From the NCBI RefSeq assembly GCF_006345805.1, contig NC_043007.1, positions 58,528,001 to 58,592,000 of the forward strand: a stretch of DNA of 64,000 nt, written 5' to 3'. Positions 14,586 to 25,285 of this stretch are shown in pieces. A program made the translations under genes and the position numbers. Positions within the stretch are counted from its first letter, which is position 1, and each line of letters begins with the position of its first letter. Origin of the DNA: Octopus sinensis. Its lineage: Eukaryota. A model generated the notes under the pieces. That model ran no database searches, had not been told where the DNA came from, and saw nothing but the letters and a program-made list of their open reading frames with translations.

Positions 14586-14734
14586 GAATAAGGTAACTTA
14601 TTTTCGAACAGCAGAAACATTGGGTAAATTACCCTTACAAGCGGAAAAAATTGTTAACAACCTGCTATGGGACTCGAACCCATAACTCTTGATATGACTC
14701 CGGCTAAGTACCTTACCATTAAGCTAAACTGCCC
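14586..14734 (-). mobile_element. tRNA-derived SINE, family D
   Basis: The minus strand reads GGGCAGTTTAGCTTAATGGT (A box) ... ATGGGTTCGAGTCCCAT (T-arm/B box); homologous to 15061-15193. Confidence 0.7.
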
Positions 14735-15060
14735 TCTGGAAATTCAATCCTCTTTTTAGCCGCTTTTAAAGCTATATACACATTTCCGAAGTTATAAAAA
14801 AACGTTAGTTTGTTTATATTTATATATACGTTTAAATAGCGGGGACACAACGTGGCATGGCACAAATTATTAACCATACTTAATTTTGACTGATCTCTGT
14901 TACTCTTGTTCATAACTGTTTAGCACAAGACTAAGATACCTCACGACAGTGTCCTGTATAGTTACGGGTTTCTCTTTGACAAAGACAAGGCGTAGCACCT
15001 GCTCAGCCACCCTGCATATTTAGCTTTAAAAGCGTCTAAAAAGCGGGTTGATTTGACAGC

Positions 15061-15193
15061 GGGCAGTTTAGCTTAATGGTAAAGCAATTAGCCGTGGTTA
15101 TTTCACGAGATATGGGTTCGAGTACCATAGCTGGTTGTTGACGAATTTTTTTCACTTTGTAAGGATAATTTAGCCAATGTTTCTGCTGTTCTA
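15061..15193 (+). mobile_element. tRNA-derived SINE, family D
   Basis: A box TAGCTTAATGGT and B box GGTTCGAGTACC. The acceptor stem does not form, so this is not a tRNA gene. Confidence 0.7.
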
Positions 15194-15247
15194 ACGGCGT
15201 CACTGCGTTCAAAAATAAATAATCATTGTATATGTATATATGTTTAT

Positions 15248-15355
<108 letters not shown>

Positions 15356-15499
15356 ATGTATATACAACAAATAAGAAAACTTGTGTTGACAAATTTCATT
15401 ATACTTCAGAGATCAACTTCAGAACCAGTGAATTATAATCTTACACATCGCCATCTTGAAAGAAGGAAGGTTTTGTTCGTTAATGCTGTTCCATTATAT

Positions 15500-15930
15500 C
15501 AAGGTCTGGTTTTGGAGGGAAGGGGTAAATCGATTGCATTGACCTCAGTATTCAACTGGTACTTATTGTATCGACCACGAAAGGATGAAAGACAAAGTCG
15601 AATTCGACAGAATTTGATATCAAAACGTAAATACGAACGAAATGCCGCTAAGCATTTTGACCGGCGTGCTAACGATTCTGCCAACTCACTTGTGACTTTA
15701 ATGATAATAATGATAATAATAATCCTTTCTACTGGAAGTACAAGGCCTCAAATTTGGGGAAACGGGATCAAATCCATTACATCGATCCCAGTGCGTAACT
15801 GGTACTAATTTTATCGACCCCGAAAGGATAAAAGGCAAAATCGACCTCGACGGAATTTGAACTTAGAACGTAGCGGCAGAGGAAGTACCCCTAAGCATTT
15901 CGCCCGGCGTGCTAACGATTCTGCCAGATC
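15500..15930 (-). mobile_element. Two tandem family A SINE copies
   Basis: Reverse complement of the family A body at ~15500-15690 and ~15721-15930. Confidence 0.85.
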
Positions 15931-15942
15931 CCTCGTGACCTA

Positions 15943-15989
<47 letters not shown>

Positions 15990-16229
15990 TTTCTTTATTA
16001 ACCACAAAGAGTTTACTTTAAAAACATATTATGGACAGTACAGGACAAAACGAAGAATGTGTGTGCGTATGTGTGAGAATGCATGTGTGTGAGTGTATAT
16101 GTGTGTGAGTGTGTGTTGTTGTGGGGGTAAACAAGATTAGCATAATGAATCAGGAAAAAATGATGATGATGATGATGATGAGGAGGAGGAGAGGAGGAGG
16201 AGGAGGAGGAGGGGGAGGAGGAGGAGGAT

Positions 16230-19200
16230 ATACAGCAGTTCTCTGCCCACTTATAAATCTGGAAGAAAATTTACCTAGATAAAGACTTAGATACAGGAAT
16301 GAACCCTAATAAAATAGCTAACATACGGGAATATATTCTCAAAGTAAAAATATATCAGAAATAGAAATAGAACACATAAAATGAAGAATACATCAGGAAA
16401 ACGTAGATAGTAACCACACAGCAATGCCAAATAATATCATAAGCACTGGGACTGTAAAATACGAAGACAGATGTAACATATCTAACAAAAACGAAGTAAG
16501 TAACGAAACCCAGACCATAGAAATGTATAATGACGAGTAAAATGCACCAAACCAGAACACCACAGACAAAAATATAAATAGGAAGAAATACGGAACAAAA
16601 CTAAAACCTGAAAACAGTGATGGTGAAACTAATGGTTATGATACACTAAAAATGAGCATAATCAAAGAATTGAAAGCCACAGCTGCCAGTGTGAACCACC
16701 GATTGTACCTCCCAAAAATTAAAATTGATAATAAAACAACATCAATAATAAATAGCTTGAAACTGGCCGTCACAGAACTAATAGTCACAGAAACAAATGT
16801 CAATATGACCAGGCTAAATGATATAATATAGGCAGCAGCCTCTGAGAAGAAGCTAGATACCCCTTAAAACCCATCCAAACAGGAGTATCACCCACCCAAA
16901 CAAACCCTGTGGATAAATAATATTCAGAAAAAAATTGAAACTAAGAGATAAAATCTATCAATCCTTAATGAAACTAGTAAACAATCAACACTACTAAGCA
17001 ACAAAAAGAGAAAAATACTACGTAAATACAAAATTACAGAACAAGATATAGCTAAGATAAAAGAACAACTAAAGCAAGATATCCTCACCAAAGCACAAAG
17101 AACCCACCGGTATGAGAAACGCCAACGTTTCTTTGAACAAAACAAACAATTCAACTCCAACCCCAAAAGATTTTATCAAGAACTTGCCAAAAATAAAATA
17201 GAGATCAATGCAGCACCAATAGCAGAAGAAGTGGAAGAATTTTGAAAAGAAATAGGGTCGGCGATGGAACAACCTCAGAAAAGATCTATAAAAAAACGAA
17301 CACAGCACCTGGACAACTCTGGGCTCCTGTAACAACTGAAGAGGTGACCCGAGCACTGCAAAAACTAAGCAACTGGAAGGCACCCGGGCACGACAACTTC
17401 TGGTTAAAATATCAAACAGGAGCACGTAAAAATCTGGCTGAGAAATTTAATGAAATACTAGCAGAATCAAAAACAATGCCTGAATGGCTCATGGAAGGGA
17501 AGACTATCCCAATTCCCAAATCTACTGAAACGGTAAACCCACAAAATTATAGACCGATAACTTGTCTCGCTACAATTTACAAAGCCTTTACTGCAATAGT
17601 ATCGCCGAGAATGGGCAAACATCTGAAAGAAAACAACCTGTTTCCAGAAGAGCAGAAGAGATATTACAAGGGTCATTATGGCTGTAAAGATTAGCTACTG
17701 ATCAACAAAGCCATAACTGAAGACAGCCACAGAAAGAAGGGTCTAAGTATGGCCTTGATCGATTACCTAAAGGCTTTTGATAGTATTCCCCGTGCATGGA
17801 TCCTAGAAACACTAGCCATGAACAAGGTAGCACCAATAATAATAAAATATATACAGCATTCCATGAATAAATTGCAGACAGTGCTACGGCTCCAGACAAA
17901 AGAGGGATTCATAAAAATCAAGGCCATCCCCATTAGAAGAGGAATATTCCATGGAGACACACTCTCTCCACACCTTTTCTGCTTGGCACTGACACCTTTA
18001 TTTGACATGCCAAACAGAAATGGATGTGGATACAACTGTTACGGCAAAACAATCAGCCACCTCTTATATATGGATGATCTAAAAATAGTACACGAAAAAT
18101 TGTTAACAGCTGGAAACATTACTACAGACAGTACATGGAGTTACCAAAGAAATAAACATGAAATTTGAGTTAGAAAAATGTGCCAAAGCAACCTTGAAAA
18201 GTGGAAAACTAGTTAAGAGTGGCAACATCCCACTAGATAAAGCAAATGAAATAGATAATTAGACAAAAGCCAGACATACAAATACTTAGAAATCAATGAT
18301 CTAGATACGATACAACACACACAGATGAAAGAGAAGATAAAAAAGGAATACTATAGACGAGTTAGATTAATATTGAAAACAGAGCTCAATGCGAAAAGCA
18401 AGATAGTAAGTATCAACACTCTAACCGTCCCAGTTATAAGTTAACTGGACTCTAAATGAACTAATCAAAATAGACAGGAAAACAAGAAAAATAATGATAG
18501 GATTTAGGATACACCACCTAAAATCTGACATATGTTATATATACAACGTATCTATTTCTTTACTACCCACAAGGGGCTAAACACAGAGGGGACGAACAAG
18601 GACAGACAAACGGATTAAGTCGATTACATCGACCCCAGTGCGTAACTGGTACTTAATGTATCGACCCCAAATGGATGAAAGGCAAAGTCGACCTCGGCGG
18701 AATTTGAACTCAGAACGTAACGGCAGACGAAATACGGCTACGCATTTCGCCCGGCGTGCTAACGTTTCCGCTAGCTCGCCGCCTTAACGTATCGGAAGTG
18801 GTAGAGGCTTTATACAGCTAGAAAACTATTACAAAGTAACCACCATAGGACTACAGAAATACCTACTTCAGAAGCAAGGAAAACTAATACAAATAGCCAC
18901 AAAACACGAACAAAACAAAAACCTGATTTCAGTCTGTAAGGAAGCAGACAAAAACAAAAAAGAAGTCATAGTATCTAACGACTATGACGAAAAAGAAAGC
19001 TGTAAAACAACTGAAATCCAAACTAAAACTGGAAAAGCAACGGATCATGAGAAAACGATGACAAGAAATGCTCTTTCATGACAGATATTGGGTTAAGCTA
19101 AGCAGAAAAGAAATAGACAAAGCAAAGTCCAAACAATAGCTGAGAAGCTCAGGACTCAAAGCAGAGACTGGAGAATTTTTAATTGCAGCACAAGATCAAA

Positions 19201-19690
19201 GCCTTCCCACCAGAAATCACCAAAAACACGTAATGAAAAGAAATAAAAGAAGTACTTGCAGAATATGTGGTGATGGAGAGGAAATAATAAATCATATTGT
19301 CTCTGGCTGTCCAGTCCTGGTTAAGAAGGAATATATTCACAGACACGACTGAGTTGGGACCTATATACACTGAAAGCTATGCTAATACTATGGAATAACA
19401 AAATAAAAAAGATGGTATAGACACATTCCAGAAAAGGTCACACAAAATGAGAAAGCAACCATACTCTTGGATATGCCAATATATACAGATAGAGAAATTA
19501 AGACCAATAGGCCGGATATAGTTGTCAGAGATCACCAAGAAAAAGTGCTTTCTAATCGATGTATCAATACCAACAGATGATAATGTTTCTCTAATAGAAA
19601 CAGAGAAACTTTCAAAATACAAAGATCTGAAAATAGAGGTAACTCGAATGTGGAGCCTAAAACAGAAACAATTCCTATAATAGTAGGCGC
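16230..19690 (+). mobile_element. Decayed R4/Dong-clade non-LTR retrotransposon (RT, CCHC knuckle, restriction-like endonuclease)
   Basis: Motifs NWKAPG, NYRPITCL, IDYLKAFDSIP, RGIFHGDTLSP, HLLYMDDLK (~18067), CRICGDGEEIINHIVSGC (19257-19310), RPD...IDVSIP...KYKDL, TIPIIVGA. Many stops and frameshifts; 3' end cut off by a palindrome. Confidence 0.92.
18553..18785 (-). mobile_element. Full-length family A SINE nested in the LINE ORF with an 8-bp TSD
   Basis: AACGTATC at 18545-18552 and 18786-18793. Removing the SINE and one TSD restores LYIQRIGSGRGFIQLE. Confidence 0.93.
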
Positions 19691-20257
19691 CTCAAAACCA
19701 CATACCGAAAATATTAGAAATAGCAGCCAAAATTGATCACTATTTCCCCTACTAATAAAAAGTCTCCACAAACAAACAGAATTTGTAACCTGTATATGGC
19801 AAAAAAGGAAGAAAATAACGATTTCGTTATTTTCTTCCTATGGATTAATTATAGACGAATCGTTTCTGGATTAGAACCGAAGGCTCATTTCCTTGTCAAT
19901 GAAATATTTCCTATAAATCTAGAAATGCTAGGGGGAAAACTCACCCGTTACACCAGCACGACCAGCGACATCGAACGATCTAACGGTCGCTGGTCGTACT
20001 GGTGTAACGGGTGAGTTTTTCCCCTAGCATTTCTAGATTTATAGGAAATATTATATTGACAAGGAAATGAGCCTTCAGTTCTAATCCAGAAACGATTTGT
20101 CTATAATTAATCCATAGGCTGGGATTTCGTTATTTTCTTCCTTTTTTGCCATATACAGGTTACAAATTCTGTTTGTTTGTGGAGACTTTTTATTAGTAGG
20201 GGAAATAGTGATCAATTTTGGCTACTATTTCTAACATTTTCGGTATGTGGTTTTGAG
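19691..20257. repeat. 567-bp near-perfect palindrome (foldback/MITE-like)
   Basis: Arms 19691-19969 and 19986-20257 are reverse complements around a 16-nt loop; few mismatches and one local rearrangement. Confidence 0.92.
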
Positions 20258-20292
20258 CAACTTGTTGCAATTAACTCTTAATTATAATTATA

Positions 20293-20324
<32 letters not shown>

Positions 20325-20485
20325 CGACGGTCTTCTTTCAGTTTCCGTTTACCAAATCCTCTCACAAGGCTTTGGTCGGTGCGAGGCTATAGTAGAAGAC
20401 ACTTGCCCAAGGTGCCACGCAGTGGAACTGAACCCGGAACCATGTGGTTGGGAAACAAGCTTCTCACCACGCAGCCACACCTACA
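20325..20485 (-). mobile_element. Family B SINE
   Basis: The minus strand reads gtggctgcgtggtgagaagcttgtttcccaaccacatggttccgggttcagttccactgcgtggcaccttgggcaag; CpGs intact. Confidence 0.85.
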
Positions 20486-20539
20486 CCCATTACTGAAAGA
20501 CCTTTTATTCGACACCGTAACGAATTTTCTAGTCCACCC

Positions 20540-20564
20540 TTCCACTACTGCTACTACTACTACT

Positions 20565-20653
<89 letters not shown>

Positions 20654-21049
20654 CAGCAGCAACTACAACTAGAACAAGAGCAACAACAAATGGATTGACA
20701 AATTGAAAGTTTCAACAAAATGATAAAAACAAAAATTCTATAAAACAGCAACAAAAATAAAATATTAAAAAATTAAATCCAAAAACAGAATTAAAGAAGA
20801 AAAACACGAAGTCAACAATCAACGAGAGTCCCATCGACATAACATTTAAATTAATTGAACTGGTAATTGGAGGATTATGTGTGAGTGTAGAGAGGGAGTG
20901 GGGAAATGGAAGGACCCGGTTTCAAATGATTGCATACTAAGCCAACCATGTCGTGATGAAGAGAAATCTATCGGTAACCACTACCCACCACTGCTTCTCC
21001 CTCGTTTTTCCTACCACTACGACTACAACTACGTCTACATCTACGACTG

Positions 21050-21110
<61 letters not shown>

Positions 21111-21345
21111 TCATGGCGACGACTACAACAACGATGATAAAGACGACGACGATTATGACAATAGTGATGATCATTATGACGATGATGCTCATGCTGATGA
21201 TCATGATCATGATGACGACGACGATGACGACGACGACGGCGGCGACGACGACGATGACGACGACGACGACGAAGATGATGATGATGATGATGATAATGAT
21301 GATGACGACGATGATGATGATGATGATGATGACGACGACGACGAT
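20540..21345. repeat. Compound (ACT/AAT/AGT) and (AAT/GAC/GAT) microsatellites
   Basis: Arrays at ~20540-20665 and ~21015-21345; source of the poly-N/D/H ORFs. Confidence 0.9.
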
Positions 21346-21775
21346 GGTGTTTTCTTAATTTGCTAGAGGGACACTGAAAGAGGAGTATTATAGTAAACGA
21401 GAGAAAATAAAACAAAACAAAAGTAATATGTACATAATAACAGATTAACTCTAATTTAAATTGTACAAATAATAATATGAATGATATAATATAGAAATAT
21501 CATATCTTTAGAGAAATAGACACAGAAAACAAGCCAAAGCACTCCAAAAAATCTTGATTAACCTAAAAACAAAGACAAGCAGCTGTTACCCGCGGTCAAT
21601 CAGCAAACGAAACCTGAGAGTTGCGCCATCCGGCCTGGCTAAAACCACCACTCTCATCGAAACAACAAAGGAGCAACAGCAACTGCATAAACAAACGGCC
21701 TGCTATAATTACCAGCCAAATTTACTTTAGATTATACCGGCTAAACTAATTTTGAATATGATATGAATGCAAAGA

Positions 21776-22200
21776 TGTAGCGTACTTGTCGTGCCTGCTT
21801 GGATTATCTCAGGGCTAAACATGAAAAGCCCGGAAGGGACGAAGCGGACAGCCACGACGCATGCGCAAAACACAAGAACCCTTAACGGAAGTCGTGAAGG
21901 CATATAAGGACTGACAGGACTCTCTGTCTTTTTCCTTGGGCACTCACTACCCACAGCTAGGACTATTAGTTGTCTTTCTTTGCTTCAGCGCCCTACACGT
22001 GGTGTCGCAATGCCTCTCTCTGGTAATATATTCGCTCACTCTATTTTTGTTTAAACGGTACATGCCAGAATGCCATAACATCTTCCAACAAAATAAAAAT
22101 TATTATATTTAGTGAGTGTTTATTCTTCATTTACACGGAGTCCACACATAATCAGCACATCGCCAACCTAACAATGAAAACACTCATGTACTCACTAAAG
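21776..22200 (+). repeat. 5' LTR (3' tip lost)
   Basis: Homologous to 24855-25285 but lacks the final ...acgaacggtcaca. Confidence 0.85.
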
Positions 22201-22215
22201 CGGTGAACCCGACGT
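22201..22215 (+). promoter_or_regulatory. Degenerate primer-binding site (tRNA-Trp type)
   Basis: CGGTGAACCCGACGT versus TGGTGACCCCGACGT, the complement of the tRNA-Trp 3' end; lies directly after the 5' LTR. Confidence 0.65.
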
Positions 22216-24854
22216 TGGAGAAAACAAAACATTTCTCACGTGGCAGTACAGAGCATTATGGCGACAATTCTTTTACCAGACTCACACACTCGGCAAGTAA
22301 CAATGGCTTCACCTTCCATAGCTGTTGTTTCTCATCCACCTGTGCCTATTTTCAACGGAGACATTTCCATTTGGTTTGCCCAAATGGAATCCTACTCTGC
22401 AGCAAACCGCGTGTCATCCGAAACGCAGCATTTACATGTTCTGATAAGTTTTCCACCTGCTCCCATGAGCGAAGTACGGGATATCATTACGAATCCACCC
22501 ATGGATGCGAGCAATACCTCTGTAAAGGCCGAGATTCTACGGCGGAATTCTCTGTCAGCGGAGAAAAACTTCCACGAACTCATTAACGATGAACAACTGT
22601 GAGACTGAGCCCTGTCGCAACTACTACGTAGAATACGCCAGCTTGCCAAAGGCAATTCATTAGAGAGCGGTTTTCTCAAACAACTATTGTTTTTTCGCCT
22701 GCCCGCTAACGTCCAAGCCATCCTCGCATCCATGTGTACATCGGTGCCGTTGAACAATTGGCGACATCAGCTGAAAAAATAATGGAGATAACCCCTCCGA
22801 CGTTACCTTCTCCTACTTCTTCCATTAACGTAGCGGCCATAGCATCCCTGTTCCAGGATTTTCTAAACGCCACGTAAAAAGCAATCAAAGACCTATTAGG
22901 GGAAGTTCGAAAGGAATACAGCTCCATGTACAAGACACTGATCCCGCTCTAGATCTCTATCGATACGCTGGCAATCAGAGGTCAGTATGTTGGTACCACA
23001 CCAACTTCGGCGCCAAGGCAAGGAATTGCACACCACCTTGCTCATATAGTACCCAGGGAAACACCCGAACAGAGCAGTAAGCACTTTTCAAACGGCTCAA
23101 ACCAGCCCATACTAATTACAGTACTTTTAGTCGTGAACTGCTTGCCATCTACCTCGCAGTCAAACATTTCCAGCACATGCTGGAAGGCAGGAATTTCACA
23201 GTTTACATTGGTCACAAGCCGCTATCGTTTGCTTTGTAATGCAAGCCCGACAAATTCTCACCCCGAGAAACACATTAGTTGGATTTCATTTCCCAATTCA
23301 CCAGCAATATCCATCACGTTCCTGGAAAAGAGATTATCGCTGCTGATGCCTTGTCTCGTTTGTCTATCGACTCCATATTCTCATCTGCCGAGATTGATTT
23401 GGATACCATAGCTAAAAATCCACCACGATCAGAAGACATAGATAACAACAAACCAGAGTTCTCTCCCTTCGACCTTCAACGACCACCTATAACAACTAAC
23501 TCCACGAATTGCCCTCGTCCATTTGTGCCCGAGAACCACAGACGCCGAGTGTTTTCTGTGCAACATAACACCTCACACCCTGGCGTAGCTGCCACTTTGA
23601 AGCTAATTTCAACTCGATATGTCTGGCCCAACATGAAGCGAGACATCACCGAATAAACCAAGAACTGACTGCCTTGCCAGAAAGCGAAGGTTCACAGGAA
23701 ACCTGCACCCAACTCGACGCTCGTTTCCAGCATATTCATATAGACCTTTTAGGACCCTGGTTATTGAGTCAGGGATTTACGTACTTGTTGACATGCATAG
23801 ACCGTTTCTCACGATGGCCGGAAGCCATATCCATCACAGATATATCATCACCAACCGTCGCTCAGGCGCTCGTATCAGGTTGCATTTCTCGTTTCGGTAC
23901 ACATACAACAATTACAACCGACAGAGGTCGGCAATTTGAATCTCAACTTTCTCCCGATGTAACAAAAATCCAAGGATCACTGCGTAGCCGCACCACGAGC
24001 TAACATCCTGCCTCAAATGGTTGCATTGAGCGATTTCATCGCCAGTTAAAAGCATCTTTGCATGCATATTCTGACCCACAGAAATGGACAGAATATTTTC
24101 CCGTTGTTCTTCTTGGTCTTCGTTATGCTGTCAAAGCAGACATTGGTTTTTCCCCAGCAGAATTTTTGTATGGATCACCTTCATCGTTACCTGATCAAAT
24201 GATCACTCCAGTTTCTTTGCATTCACCAGATTACTCAAGCTACGTGGATCGTCTGAGACATTACATGGAGACTTTGCCTCCCACCAACACAATACAGCAA
24301 TCCACTTAGTCCTATGTTCCTGCGGACATATCATTCTGGACTCATGCTTTCGTGAGGAATGATGCGGTTAGCATACCAAGGACCTTATTGAGTGTTATAT
24401 CATGCAAACGAATTCGGCACTATTGATTATATGGGTGTGAAAGACACTGTCAATGTGAATAGACTAAAAAAAGCCTACATGGACACAACTGTTCTCTCTC
24501 CCCCTTACACATAATACATGCACCGCACAACAGACACCGCTCACACAACAAACTTCAAATTCGCCCTCCATAACAACTAGGAGCGGACGAAAAGTGCATT
24601 AGCCAAAAACACTGACTCAGCCTTACTATACCTAAAGAAACATTAAATGAACTCATTCCTTGAATTGTGATATTTTGTTTCTATGCCATTTTCATTGTTT
24701 ATGCATGCTATTTTCATTGATGTGTTTGCACTCTAATTTCCTTTGGTTCATTGCATTATTTTGTACCGTAAAGGCTTCTGATATGTTTTGTACTGCAGAT
24801 ACATATTCTTTCGTCTCTCGTTATTGCCATAACTTCACGACTGCCAAAGGAGTC

Positions 24855-25285
24855 TGTAGCTTACCCGTCGTGCCTGCTTGGATTATCTCAGGGCTAAACA
24901 TAAAAGGCCCAGAAGGATCGAAGCGGACAACCACGACGCATGTGCAAAACACAACAGCCCTTAACGGAAGTCGTGAAAGGCATATAAGGAGCCTGACGGA
25001 CAGGATTCTTCCTCTTTTCCCTTGGGCACTCACATACCTACACATGGTCTCACGATACCTCTCTCACAGTAGGTACTTTCTGACAATATATTTGCTCACT
25101 CTGTTTTTCTTCAAACGGTACATACCAGAATGCCATAATATCTTACAACGCATCTCCAACAAGATTAAAATTGTTATATTTAGTGAGTGTTTATTCTTTA
25201 TTTACACAGAGTACACACCTAATCAGCACATCGTCAGCCTAATAATGAAAACACTCATATACTCACTAAAAGACGAACGGTCACA
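24855..25285 (+). repeat. 3' LTR (TG...CA)
   Basis: Starts TGTAGC and ends GGTCACA; preceded by purine-rich AAAGGAG. Confidence 0.88.

Larger units (their letters stand above)
21776..25285 (+). mobile_element. Ty3/Gypsy LTR retrotransposon, CsRn1-like, with protease and RT deleted; decayed
   Basis: Two LTRs starting TGTAGC and a tRNA-Trp-like PBS. gag WFAQMES and CHCC motif CWYHTNFGAKARNCTPPC (22988-23041); RNase H RELLAIYLAVKHF; integrase HPG..YVWP, HIDLLGP, IDRFSRWPEA, TDRGRQFES, ERFHRQLK. Confidence 0.92.

Noticed and set aside
20953-21415. Poly-Asn/Asp/His ORFs
   Set aside because: AAT/GAC/GAT microsatellites.
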